A DNA stretch of 31,081 nucleotides from Bacteroidales bacterium. GTDB lineage: Bacteria; Bacteroidota; Bacteroidia; Bacteroidales; UBA1715. The notes under the pieces were generated by a model. It was given only the letters and a program-made list of their open reading frames with translations, did not search any database and was not told the DNA's origin. This document shows, piece after piece, positions 17,122 to 26,522 of the stretch; position 1 is the first letter of the stretch, and each line of letters opens with the position of its first letter. A program made the translations under genes and the position numbers. The stretch lies in assembly GCA_031262005.1 (NCBI GenBank), contig JAISIO010000143.1, positions 1-31,081 of the forward strand, read 5' to 3'.

Positions 17122-18555
17122 ATGAACTTACACTCTTTTTTATTAATGCGTCACGAATTGGTGCTGATTGCGATAATGCTTATAGTGCTTATAGCAGAAT
17201 TGGCAACCAAAGATAATCGTAAATCAATTATTGCTCCTCTTGCCTTAGTGCTTTTCGGTATACACACCGTTATAGGATTTTTACCTATGGAATCGGGCAC
17301 TTTGTTCGGCGGAATGTTCAATGCAACGCCAATTAACAATATTATGAAAAACATTCTTAATATAGGTGTGTTAATCATTTTATTCCAAACGCAAAAAACG
17401 TTCGATAGCGAATTGAACCGTGGAAAAGTAAGCGAATATTTTATTGTATTATTTTCTACTTTAATCGGTATGTTCTATATGATTAGTGCCGGTGATTTCT
17501 TAATGTTCTACATTGGTTTGGAAATTGCAACTATTCCTTTGGCTGCGTTGGCTGCGTTCAATCGCCACGAGAATAAATCGGCAGAAGCGGGTATCAAATT
17601 ATTGCTTTCTTCAACACTTTCTTCAGGAATATTGTTGTATGGTTTGTCAATGCTTTATGCGGCAAACGGATCATTATTCTTTACCGATTTAATGCACGGT
17701 ACTTACACAATTACCAGTTTGCACACACTTACGTTGATATTCTTCTTTGCTGGTATGGCGTTTAAAATCTCATTGGTACCGTTCCACTTGTGGGCTGCCG
17801 ATGTGTATGAAGGAGCACCGGTAAACGTTACCTCGTATCTTTCTGTAATATCAAAAGGCTCTGCGGTGTTTATTTTTACTGTGGTGCTTTACACTGTGTT
17901 CAAAAATTATGCAGAAACATGGCAACCAATGATGTACATTATTGCTATTTTCACAATGCTGGTAGGTAACTTATTTGCACTGCGTCAAAATAATTTGAAA
18001 CGGTTCTTAGCATTTTCATCTATTGCGCAAGCTGGTTTCTTACTGTTGGGTATTATTGCCGGAAGTGCCGTAGGTATGGCAACTGTAATATACTATGTGT
18101 TAGTGTACGTTTTCTCTAACTTGGCTGCATTTGGCGTAGTTTCAATGATAGAATCGCATACAGGAAAAACCACTATTAGCGATTTGAACGGTTTCTATCG
18201 CACTAACCCAAAATTGAGTTTAGCTTTGATGCTTGCCTTATTCTCATTGGCTGGTATTCCACCGGTGGCAGGTTTCTTCGGTAAATTTTTCTTATTTACA
18301 GCGGTGGCAAGTGTGAATACTACACCATATCATATTTTGTTATTAATTGCATTGTTGAATACGATTATTTCGTTGTACTACTACTTAATGCCGGTAAAAG
18401 CAATGTTTATCAATAAAAACGAAAGTCCTATCGCATATTTTAAAAGCGATGTGTTTGCAAAAATTGGTTTATCAATCAGCTTAACCGGTATGGTTGTGGT
18501 GGGTTTTGTAAGCTCAATTTACGAGGAAATACTTAAATTTTGTTTTGGATTATAA
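17122..18555 (+). CDS. nuoN: NADH-quinone oxidoreductase subunit N
   Basis: EAGIKLLL, FKISLVPFHLWAADVYEGAP, LKRFLAFSSIAQAG, FSLAGIPPVAGFFGKF. Confidence 0.96.
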   Translation: MNLHSFLLMRHELVLIAIMLIVLIAELATKDNRKSIIAPLALVLFGIHTVIGFLPMESGTLFGGMFNATPINNIMKNILNIGVLIILFQTQKTFDSELNRGKVSEYFIVLFSTLIGMFYMISAGDFLMFYIGLEIATIPLAALAAFNRHENKSAEAGIKLLLSSTLSSGILLYGLSMLYAANGSLFFTDLMHGTYTITSLHTLTLIFFFAGMAFKISLVPFHLWAADVYEGAPVNVTSYLSVISKGSAVFIFTVVLYTVFKNYAETWQPMMYIIAIFTMLVGNLFALRQNNLKRFLAFSSIAQAGFLLLGIIAGSAVGMATVIYYVLVYVFSNLAAFGVVSMIESHTGKTTISDLNGFYRTNPKLSLALMLALFSLAGIPPVAGFFGKFFLFTAVASVNTTPYHILLLIALLNTIISLYYYLMPVKAMFINKNESPIAYFKSDVFAKIGLSISLTGMVVVGFVSSIYEEILKFCFGL

Positions 18556-18567
18556 TTTTCACATACT

Positions 18568-18897
18568 ATGGCTATAACTAACGGAAAACATATAGTAAAA
18601 GAATACGACGGCGTAAATTGCACCGTTGTTGAAGAAGGAATTTCACAAGCGCGCGTTGATTTTTTACAATCATTATTGAAATTCAATAATTTCGATGTAA
18701 AAGTTCAGGCTGATGAAAACGGGACTTTTTCATTGGCTGTAACCGATGTAACGTTCAATCCTACAATTGCTGTGTACGAAAAGAGTTTATACACTCGTAC
18801 CGGACATATTGTAACGCCGAATATTTGGAATCAAAAAACTAAAAATCTGCACATTCCTTATTGGGCTGAAGGATTTGAAGTGGCTAAGTATTATTAA
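18568..18897 (+). CDS. Hypothetical soluble protein, 109 aa, operonic with nuoN
   Basis: ATG 12 nt after the nuoN stop, same strand, globular alpha/beta-like composition, followed by the operon terminator. No family recognised. Confidence 0.75.
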   Translation: MAITNGKHIVKEYDGVNCTVVEEGISQARVDFLQSLLKFNNFDVKVQADENGTFSLAVTDVTFNPTIAVYEKSLYTRTGHIVTPNIWNQKTKNLHIPYWAEGFEVAKYY

Positions 18898-18971
18898 GCA
18901 CACGATTTTAAAAATGACTGAATATATTGTGTATTGTAGTCGGTCGAATAATAGCATTTAGGGAAACATAG

Positions 18972-19005
18972 AGCTGGCTTCTATTCATTTGAAGTCAGCT
19001 TTTTT
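18972..19005 (+). terminator. Intrinsic terminator closing the nuo operon
   Basis: AGCTGGCTTC-TATTCATTT-GAAGTCAGCT (10-bp stem, one G-U pair) followed by TTTTT. Confidence 0.8.
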
Positions 19006-19043
19006 CTTCATTTTGATTCTGCACAATTTGTTTTTTAATTACT

Positions 19044-19466
19044 ATGTGGAAATATTACGCAATAGCTTCAGCTATTTTTGCTGCACTCACGGCTATTTTT
19101 GCTAAAATCGGCATCAAAAATATTGATTCAAATCTTGCGGTAGCACTGCGTACCTGTGTTATTGTACTTATGATGTGGGTTATTGTATTTGCATCGAATA
19201 GTGCAGAGGGAATTAAAACACTCTCCCGTACAAATTGGATATTTTTAATTCTTTCGGGTATTACAACAGGGCTGTCGTGGTTGTTTTATTTTAAAGCATT
19301 GGAATTTGGCGATGTGTCGCGTGTGGCACCAATAGATAAATTGAGCATTGTATTTACTATTGTGCTGTCGATTATTATTTTAAAAGAACCGTTTAGTTGG
19401 AAAGTAATTCTCGGTGTAAGCCTTATTGCAAGTGGGTCGCTTATTATTCTTATGGATAAAAGTTGA
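19044..19466 (+). CDS. EamA/DMT family transporter (single domain)
   Basis: SAIFAALTAIFAKIG, ILSGITTGLSWLFYFKAL, VSRVAPIDKLSIV, ILKEP. Confidence 0.9.
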   Translation: MWKYYAIASAIFAALTAIFAKIGIKNIDSNLAVALRTCVIVLMMWVIVFASNSAEGIKTLSRTNWIFLILSGITTGLSWLFYFKALEFGDVSRVAPIDKLSIVFTIVLSIIILKEPFSWKVILGVSLIASGSLIILMDKS

Positions 19467-19486
19467 TGCTTAAATACCAACTATTG

Positions 19487-21985
19487 TTAGAAACGAATTT
19501 TTCGCAAAGCTATAACTACATTATTCTTTACAGCTTGTAAAATATATATATTGGACGTTGTGCACAATTGCTTAATACTATCTAAAGAAGGTTGCACTGT
19601 TCCAATCGATGCTCCGTTTACAGTATAAATTCGGATATAATCGGCATTCCAAAAATCGGCATTGCAAAGCAATTCAATGTGTGTAGTTGTGGGAATAAGA
19701 GCAATTTCTACACCTTTAATTGTGGCATCGACGTAAAATATGTGTGCTTTGGATTGTTCTTTGGTATTGCCCGCCCATGTATTGTAAAATGTAGAGAACG
19801 GAGAAAGAGCGTACAGTGTGGCTTTGTTTCCTTGCGAATATAACGTAAACCGTCCGTCGTCATTGGTTGTGCACGAATCAATAGGCTGCTGAGTCTGCAC
19901 GTCGTACAAATATACGGTGGTGTGCGCCACTTGAGCATTGTTGGCAAATACCTGTCCTTCAACAGTGAACCATGGCTCGCAATAGTTCAATTGTAAGTAG
20001 GTTGTATGAGCCTCGCTTTCACAAGCATTTTTTATTTGGGTAGCATACAATGAATATGTTCCTATACCCGGTAAGTATTTCGGTTTGTATGTGTTACCAA
20101 AATGCACAGGTTTTTGCAGCGTATAATCAGAATACCACAGCACACTATCGCCCTGCGCATGAACAAAATAAGGGCGATTGTAACACGAAGCCGTATCGTT
20201 TCCCATAGGTGGCGGTGTATTGCAGTTGCAATTTTCAATCAGTTCTACGGGCATAACTTGACATTCTCCTATGTGCTCCACCCACACACGATACTGTTTG
20301 CCTGCAACTAATTCTTCGGCTTTCGATGGGGGAATCGAGAGAGTTTGTCCTTGACCTATTTTTTCGCCGTTGTAAGTCGTTTGCCATGTAAAATTTCCTT
20401 CGCCGACTACTTTATAATGCAGTGTTTTGCCGCAGAAAGAAGAATTGATTGCGGTAAAAGTTGCCTGTTTTTCATGTATTTCAACAGAATCTTTGTACGA
20501 TGGGCAGTTACCGTGAATATTGAGAGCTTCGGCGGTGTATACGCCTCCGCTTGTGAGGGTAATGGTGTTCGACTGTTCGGATTGTAAAACATTATCTTTA
20601 TGCCAAATAAACCGATAATCATCTGTTGAAAGATTGGCGATGAGTTCTTCATTGAATGGCGTGCAGTACGTTCTCGAATTGCCAAGCGAGAGTATTTCAC
20701 AATAGGGCTGACACAATTCACGGTCTAATTGTACGGCTTGGTATTCGTCTTTATTGTTTTCGGTGCCAAGTGCACCCGCAGTTGCCGAACCGCTCACATA
20801 AAACATACTTGCACGGCGTTGTACACTTTGAGTTAATATATATGATATACCGGAACCTGCATATATAGCTACAGCATCATGTAGTTTGTGGTCGTTGCTG
20901 CGCACATATTGCGGTGAAAAATATTGTTTGATACTGGTATTACCGTTGCCGATTTGTCCGCCGGCAGTGCCGCTTAAATCGGGGAAACGATTGTCGCCCC
21001 ATGCCACGACGAATTTTGTTTGATTTTCAACCGTAATTGCAAGCGAATGTGAAGTTCCTGCCGAAATATCAATTACATTACTCAAGGTTTGATTGGGCGT
21101 TTGACCGCCTTCCACCTGCATAGCGTATGGTTGAGTTTTGTAAGTGGGTATGCCGTTCTCGTTTATTTCCGATCCTTTGAATGCTCCCACTCCCCATACC
21201 GTACCGTTAGTTTTGAGTAACAATCCGAATAAAGCTCCGCCGTCTATTTTCTGTACGTTTGTTATAGGTTGATTAGTATTATCTACTATGAGAGTGGGAT
21301 AGGGGCGGTTACTTGAAATGCCTACACCTAATTGATTGCTCGAATTACTGCCCCACGCATACACTTGTCCTTTGTTGTCGAGGGCGTAACCATGATTGGC
21401 ACCGGCACTTATCATACGAATGTTGTTCAGAATTTCGCCATTCGATTTGCGTACAAACACGGGTTGTGCCGAATTATCGAAAGTGCCGTTGCCAAGTTGC
21501 CCTGAAGAATTATTACCCCAAGCAAGTACTTCGCCTGTAGCGAGCAAAGCATACGAATGCGATTGCCCCGCAGCTATAGCCGTAACATGTTCTAATTGTG
21601 CGGTGCCGGTTTCTCCACCTGTTACATAATCAGGAGTTTGGCGTTTACACTCGGTATTGCAAAATTTACCGGAACCAAGTTCTCCATAAAAGTTTTGTCC
21701 CCACGAAAGCACTTTTCCACTCGTGGTAACTGCCAGTGCATGATACGAAAATCCAGCTTCAATAGAGAGTATTCCTTCAGGGAAATCGGCAACGCAGGGT
21801 TGATCTGCCGGACATTGAACTGTGTTGCGCGCCAATTGCCCATGCAAATTATTCCCCCATGAATACACGGTTTTATTGTTGCACACAAACAAACTGAATG
21901 TATATCCGCCTGAAAAGTGGAATTGCTGCGCAGAACTTACCAGTGGCAAGCACAACAGGAGTAAAAATCGTATGTATTGTTTTAT
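19487..21985 (-). CDS. Secreted RCC1-repeat beta-propeller protein with Ig-like domains and a degenerate T9SS-like C-terminus
   Basis: About 7 RCC1 blades (VYSWGNNLHGQL, VLSWGQNFYGELG, VLAWGNNSSGQLG, VYAWGSNSSNQLG...); Ig-like TPPP...VLWYSD...YATQIKNACES; carboxypeptidase-regulatory-like TVEGQV...TNDDGRF. No in-frame ATG; the start is placed at ATA 21985 to complete the signal peptide (uncertain). Confidence 0.78.
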   Translation of the reverse strand: MKQYIRFLLLLCLPLVSSAQQFHFSGGYTFSLFVCNNKTVYSWGNNLHGQLARNTVQCPADQPCVADFPEGILSIEAGFSYHALAVTTSGKVLSWGQNFYGELGSGKFCNTECKRQTPDYVTGGETGTAQLEHVTAIAAGQSHSYALLATGEVLAWGNNSSGQLGNGTFDNSAQPVFVRKSNGEILNNIRMISAGANHGYALDNKGQVYAWGSNSSNQLGVGISSNRPYPTLIVDNTNQPITNVQKIDGGALFGLLLKTNGTVWGVGAFKGSEINENGIPTYKTQPYAMQVEGGQTPNQTLSNVIDISAGTSHSLAITVENQTKFVVAWGDNRFPDLSGTAGGQIGNGNTSIKQYFSPQYVRSNDHKLHDAVAIYAGSGISYILTQSVQRRASMFYVSGSATAGALGTENNKDEYQAVQLDRELCQPYCEILSLGNSRTYCTPFNEELIANLSTDDYRFIWHKDNVLQSEQSNTITLTSGGVYTAEALNIHGNCPSYKDSVEIHEKQATFTAINSSFCGKTLHYKVVGEGNFTWQTTYNGEKIGQGQTLSIPPSKAEELVAGKQYRVWVEHIGECQVMPVELIENCNCNTPPPMGNDTASCYNRPYFVHAQGDSVLWYSDYTLQKPVHFGNTYKPKYLPGIGTYSLYATQIKNACESEAHTTYLQLNYCEPWFTVEGQVFANNAQVAHTTVYLYDVQTQQPIDSCTTNDDGRFTLYSQGNKATLYALSPFSTFYNTWAGNTKEQSKAHIFYVDATIKGVEIALIPTTTHIELLCNADFWNADYIRIYTVNGASIGTVQPSLDSIKQLCTTSNIYILQAVKNNVVIALRKIRF

Positions 21986-21987
21986 AT

Positions 21988-22029
21988 TAATGGTTAGTGA
22001 TTAATGGTTAATGATTTCATTGTTCATTG
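21988..22029. repeat. Tandem degenerate heptamers in two opposed orientations
   Basis: TAATGGT TAGTGAT TAATGGT TAATGAT, then TTCATTG TTCATTG (reverse complement CAATGAA). Confidence 0.8.
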
Positions 22030-23295
22030 AAAAGGTATTCTATAAGCAACACCCCATTCCAAATTGCCGCAGAGCAATGATTGTCGCGCAGAAGTATAGG
22101 TCGATTTATAAATAGATGGATATATGGCAAGACTTCCTTTGAGAGAAAAGAGAAAGCGGTTCGATAGGGTATAATTGAGCAAACAACCAATGCCAGCGGT
22201 ATAGGTAACCCTACGGAAGGGCACGTTTTTAAGCCATATTTGTTGTGCTTCGGGGCTGATAATGGAACCTCGACGAAGTGTGAGTAATTGCATACTCGCA
22301 AGCACAAACGGTTCCACGCTCCACGATTTGTATACCGGAAAACGATAACCCACCATGCAGGGTATGCTCACATAATGAATTGAAAGTTGTGAAGATACTT
22401 TGGTATTGTTTTCTATTCGTTGAGGATGTTCTACAATTTTATATGTGTAGGTTGAATCAAACACGTCAATAGCTACGGAATCGCCACTGAAATATTTGTA
22501 ATAGGTAAAAAGTTTTGAATACTGCCAATACCATAACGTATCGGAAAATGTATAGGAGGGGTCAATAGAATGGGATTGTGTTTGAAATTGCATCTCATAT
22601 CCTACGTTGGCGTAGCTCACGCCTATACCTGTAAGCACTTTGGGCGTGCGATACAGTGCCATAACCGATGCAGAATGCGTCAAACTTGGCTGTTCGGCGT
22701 CTTTTAGTTCCTTTTTGTAATCGGGCGAAATGCTTATGGTGGTAATAGGCAGAGTTGTCATAACGCCGGTAAATACGCCTATGTCGAACATTGATTGCGG
22801 CAAACGTTTGGAAGGAGAAGGTGTTTGCAGTACTACTTTTTGTGTGTCGATGACTGTTTTACGGATTATTTGTTCTATTCTAATAGTGTCGAACACACGA
22901 ATTGTATCATATATGGTATGGTGGGGCTGTTCTACGCTTACTTGTCGTTTGGGCGGTGTTGGTAGATTCTTTCTTGCGGGTGCAGAGGTCGGAATTTCCG
23001 AAATTAAAATTTGATTACCTAATATTTTATATGAAAATTGATTGCCCAACACTATGCGTAACAATTGCTCGAAAGTGTATAGTTTTGCAGGTATAGTTAC
23101 GGGTGTTGTTTTATTGAAAATAGCAGAATTATAGGTAAAACGGTAATTTGTTTGCTGCTCAAAATCTTTCAACACTTCGGTAAAGGCTTTATTTCTGCAA
23201 GCGTATTGGAAAGCAATCGCACCTATGTTTGTTTGTGCAAAAGAACGAACAATTAAACACAGAAATAATATTACAAAAACTGTCTTTTTTACCAT
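22024..23295 (-). CDS. Outer-membrane protein: signal peptide, STN domain, Pro-rich linker and PorT-like beta-barrel
   Basis: ATG 23295 gives MVKKTVFVILFLCLIVRSFA-Q; STN-like FTEVLKDFEQQTNYRFTYNS...FSYKILGNQILI; amphipathic strands LTGIGVSYANVGY and HYVSIPCMVGYRF; aromatic C-terminus WGVAYRIPFQ. Confidence 0.75.
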   Translation of the reverse strand: MVKKTVFVILFLCLIVRSFAQTNIGAIAFQYACRNKAFTEVLKDFEQQTNYRFTYNSAIFNKTTPVTIPAKLYTFEQLLRIVLGNQFSYKILGNQILISEIPTSAPARKNLPTPPKRQVSVEQPHHTIYDTIRVFDTIRIEQIIRKTVIDTQKVVLQTPSPSKRLPQSMFDIGVFTGVMTTLPITTISISPDYKKELKDAEQPSLTHSASVMALYRTPKVLTGIGVSYANVGYEMQFQTQSHSIDPSYTFSDTLWYWQYSKLFTYYKYFSGDSVAIDVFDSTYTYKIVEHPQRIENNTKVSSQLSIHYVSIPCMVGYRFPVYKSWSVEPFVLASMQLLTLRRGSIISPEAQQIWLKNVPFRRVTYTAGIGCLLNYTLSNRFLFSLKGSLAIYPSIYKSTYTSARQSLLCGNLEWGVAYRIPFQ

Positions 23296-23321
23296 TTGTG
23301 CGGATTTATCAGTAAACGTTA

Positions 23322-23352
23322 CAAAAGTAGTAAATATTGGTGAAGTGGACAA
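23322..23352 (-). promoter_or_regulatory. Bacteroidota sigma-70 promoter for the STN-barrel/RCC1 pair
   Basis: Minus-strand TTG (23352-23350), 20-nt spacer, TACTTTTG (23329-23322), 26 nt upstream of ATG 23295. Confidence 0.65.
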
Positions 23353-23509
23353 TTCCTGAAAGTCGTTACGAGCTACGCCCTCCGGTCAATTACAGATAGC
23401 GATAAAACGAAAAGAGTAAACAAATAGCAGAAATAAGTCCCACTCCGTGTTAAGTCTTCAAAGTAACAAGAGTGTAAACAGTTAAACTAAATCAGAAAAT
23501 GATTCGTTA

Positions 23510-26446
23510 TTACTCCAATTTACGTTTTACTTCTTTCTCTTCGTAAGCCTCTATAATATCGCCAACTTTAATATCATTGTAGTTGTGAATATTCAAACCA
23601 CATTCGTAGCCGCGACCTACTTCTTTTACATCATCTTTGAAGCGTTTAAGTGAACCCAAATCGCCTGAGTGTACCACAATACCATCGCGGATTATGCGGA
23701 TTTTAGAGTTACGGAATATCTTACCTTCTGTAACAAAACAACCGGCAACGGTTCCCACTTTGGTAATTTTGAAAACCTCACGAATTTCACAACTACCGGT
23801 AATTTCTTCTTTGATTTCGGGAGAAAGCATACCAGTCATTGCATCTTTTATTTCGTCAATGGCAGCGTAAATAATAGAATATAAACGCATATCAACGCCT
23901 TCGCGCTCGGCTAATGTTCGAGCCGCCGAAGATGGACGCACTTGGAAACCTATAATAATAGCATCGGAGGCAGAAGCCAACAATACATCGGCTTCGGAAA
24001 TTTGACCTACCGCTTTGTGTTTTATGTTTATCTGAATTTCTTCGGTTGAAAGTTTTATTAATGAATCAGCCAAAGCCTCAATAGAACCGTCAACATCACC
24101 TTTTATAATGATATTTAATTCTTTGAAATTACCAATAGCTATACGTCTACCTATTTCGTCAAGTGTAATATGTCGCATCGTTTTTAGTTCCTGTTCACGG
24201 TGCAATTGGTCGCGTTTGTTTGCAATTTCACGAGCATCGCGTTCCGATTTCATCACATTGAATTTTTCTCCAGCCTGTGGTGCTCCATCAAGACCGAGAA
24301 TAGTAACGGGCGTAGAAGGTCCGGCTTCGGTAATTTGTTGGTTACGTTCGTTGAACATAGCTTTTACTTTACCCGAATATTTTCCGGCAAGTATAATATC
24401 ACCTTTGCGGAGCGTTCCGGCAGTAACAAGCAGTGTTGAAACGTAACCGCGTCCTTTGTCCAATTGTGATTCTATAACTGTTCCCAATGCAGGTTTATTC
24501 GGATTTGCTTTCAAATCGAGCATTTCGGCTTCAAGAATTACTTTTTCCATCAATGCTTCAACATTCACCCCGTGTTTTGCTGCAATTTCTTGTGATTGAT
24601 ATTTTCCGCCCCAATCTTCCACCAAGTAATTCATGGCAGCCAATTGTTCTTTTATTTTTTCGGGGTTTGCTCCGGGTTTATCTATTTTGTTAATAGCAAA
24701 TATCATAGGAACACCAGCAGCTGCTGCGTGATTGATTGCTTCTACTGTTTGCGGCATCACACAGTCGTCGGCTGCTACCACAATAATTACCACGTCGGTA
24801 ACTTGCGCACCACGAGCACGCATGGCGGTAAACGCTTCGTGTCCCGGTGTATCCAAGAATGTAATTCGGTTACCGTTTGCCATTTTCACGCTGTAAGCAC
24901 CTATGTGTTGTGTAATACCACCGGCTTCACCAGCAATCACATTTGTTTTGCGCACATAGTCGAGCAGCGAAGTTTTACCGTGGTCTACGTGTCCCATTAC
25001 GGTAACAATAGGCGGACGAGGCAATAAGTCTTCTTCTTTATCGGCAACTTCTTCAATTGCTTCTTGAATGTCGGCAGTTACAAATTCTACCTCAAAACCA
25101 AATTCTCCGGTAATTAAACGAATTGTCTCTGCATCAAGCCGTTGATTGAGGGCTATGAATAAGCCAACGTCCATACAAGTTTTTATAATGTCGGTAGCGG
25201 GAATGTTCATCATTATACTCAAATCGTTGGCAGACACAAATTCTGTTACTTTGAGAATTTTGTCTTCCAATGCTCTCATTTCTTCTTCCTCGGCAGCTGC
25301 TTCACGAATAGCTTCACGTTTATCACGGCGGTATTTAGAGCCTTTACTTTTTTTACCGCCACTATCCAATCGGGCACGAGTTTCTTTGATTGCTCTGTCT
25401 ACATCTTCTTCGTTAATTTCTTCACGTACAGCATATTTCTTGCCGAGTTGTTGTTTGTTGCCTCTTCCGTTACTGCTTACTATGCCTTTGTCATTTTTGC
25501 TATCGTAGGCATCGAATACATTTTTCGCCGAAATATCGACTTTCCCTTTATGTATGCGTTTACGTTTTTTTCTATCACCGTCGTCGCTTCTTTCGCTTGC
25601 CGATAAATCAACTTTACCTATAACTTTCGGCGATTTTAATTCTTCAACCTGAGTTTTGTAAATATTCTCTTTTTTCGGTTGCTCTTGGCGGTTGGAATGG
25701 TCTTGTTTTTCAGGACGTTCAGTAACTTCGACTTTTACCGGTGCCGGTTTAAATTTATCTCTACGTTCTTTTCGTTCCTGTTCTTTTTCTTTTTTCGATT
25801 TTTTGTCGGGGCGGGTTTTTTGGTTCAGGGCAGTCAAATCTATTTTTCCGATTACTTTTACGTTATCTTCAATATTTGCTTTGTTCGCCACAAAAATAGT
25901 TTCATCTTCCGCAACAGTGTTTTCGGGTTGTTCAACCGTAATTTCTTCAGTTTCCGAAAGTGTTGGAACAGTGATTTCAATTTCGGTAATGGCAGGTTTT
26001 TCCTCCGGCTCAATAGGTGTAGTGTTGGCAACAGTGGGTATTTCCGGAAGTTCTTCCGATTTTGAATTCTCAGTAGAAGGTGTAGACGTTTTTTTTGTCG
26101 TTTTCGGTTTTTTATGTGCGTCTATATCAATGCTGCCGATTACTTTTACATTGATATGCGTTTTTTGAGGAGTGGCAATTTCTTCATTGTCTTCATCATC
26201 TTCGTCGCTCTCTTCTTCTTCTTCTTCTTCCATCGGAACAGGTGCCTTCACAGGATTTGCCGGTGCTTTTTTTAATTTATCGGCACCTTCGCTTTGGAAT
26301 TCTTTTTCCAACAAATCTACCAATTCATCTGATAGTTTAGTATTCGGGTCGGAATCTATCTTATGCCCTTTTTTGTCAAGAAATTCTACTATTGTAGAAA
26401 CTCCTATGTTAAATTCTCGTGAGACTTTTATTAATCGTACTGCCAT
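23510..26446 (-). CDS. infB: Translation initiation factor IF-2
   Basis: [64 protein letters not shown]; long acidic/basic N-terminus. Confidence 0.99.
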   Translation of the reverse strand: MAVRLIKVSREFNIGVSTIVEFLDKKGHKIDSDPNTKLSDELVDLLEKEFQSEGADKLKKAPANPVKAPVPMEEEEEEESDEDDEDNEEIATPQKTHINVKVIGSIDIDAHKKPKTTKKTSTPSTENSKSEELPEIPTVANTTPIEPEEKPAITEIEITVPTLSETEEITVEQPENTVAEDETIFVANKANIEDNVKVIGKIDLTALNQKTRPDKKSKKEKEQERKERRDKFKPAPVKVEVTERPEKQDHSNRQEQPKKENIYKTQVEELKSPKVIGKVDLSASERSDDGDRKKRKRIHKGKVDISAKNVFDAYDSKNDKGIVSSNGRGNKQQLGKKYAVREEINEEDVDRAIKETRARLDSGGKKSKGSKYRRDKREAIREAAAEEEEMRALEDKILKVTEFVSANDLSIMMNIPATDIIKTCMDVGLFIALNQRLDAETIRLITGEFGFEVEFVTADIQEAIEEVADKEEDLLPRPPIVTVMGHVDHGKTSLLDYVRKTNVIAGEAGGITQHIGAYSVKMANGNRITFLDTPGHEAFTAMRARGAQVTDVVIIVVAADDCVMPQTVEAINHAAAAGVPMIFAINKIDKPGANPEKIKEQLAAMNYLVEDWGGKYQSQEIAAKHGVNVEALMEKVILEAEMLDLKANPNKPALGTVIESQLDKGRGYVSTLLVTAGTLRKGDIILAGKYSGKVKAMFNERNQQITEAGPSTPVTILGLDGAPQAGEKFNVMKSERDAREIANKRDQLHREQELKTMRHITLDEIGRRIAIGNFKELNIIIKGDVDGSIEALADSLIKLSTEEIQINIKHKAVGQISEADVLLASASDAIIIGFQVRPSSAARTLAEREGVDMRLYSIIYAAIDEIKDAMTGMLSPEIKEEITGSCEIREVFKITKVGTVAGCFVTEGKIFRNSKIRIIRDGIVVHSGDLGSLKRFKDDVKEVGRGYECGLNIHNYNDIKVGDIIEAYEEKEVKRKLE

Positions 26447-26522
26447 ATTTTTTCTTTTCCTTTGAAATCTTAAAAAACTAAACTATCTGCCTTTGTATTG
26501 AAATGGTTTTTCGCTTACTTCG

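Noticed and set aside
18898-19043. Possible riboswitch upstream of the EamA gene
   Set aside because: No fluoride, guanidine or purine aptamer motif recognised; the hairpin is explained as the nuo operon terminator.
26170-26230. GAA/GAT-rich low-complexity tract in infB
   Set aside because: Encodes the usual acidic, disordered IF2 N-terminal region.
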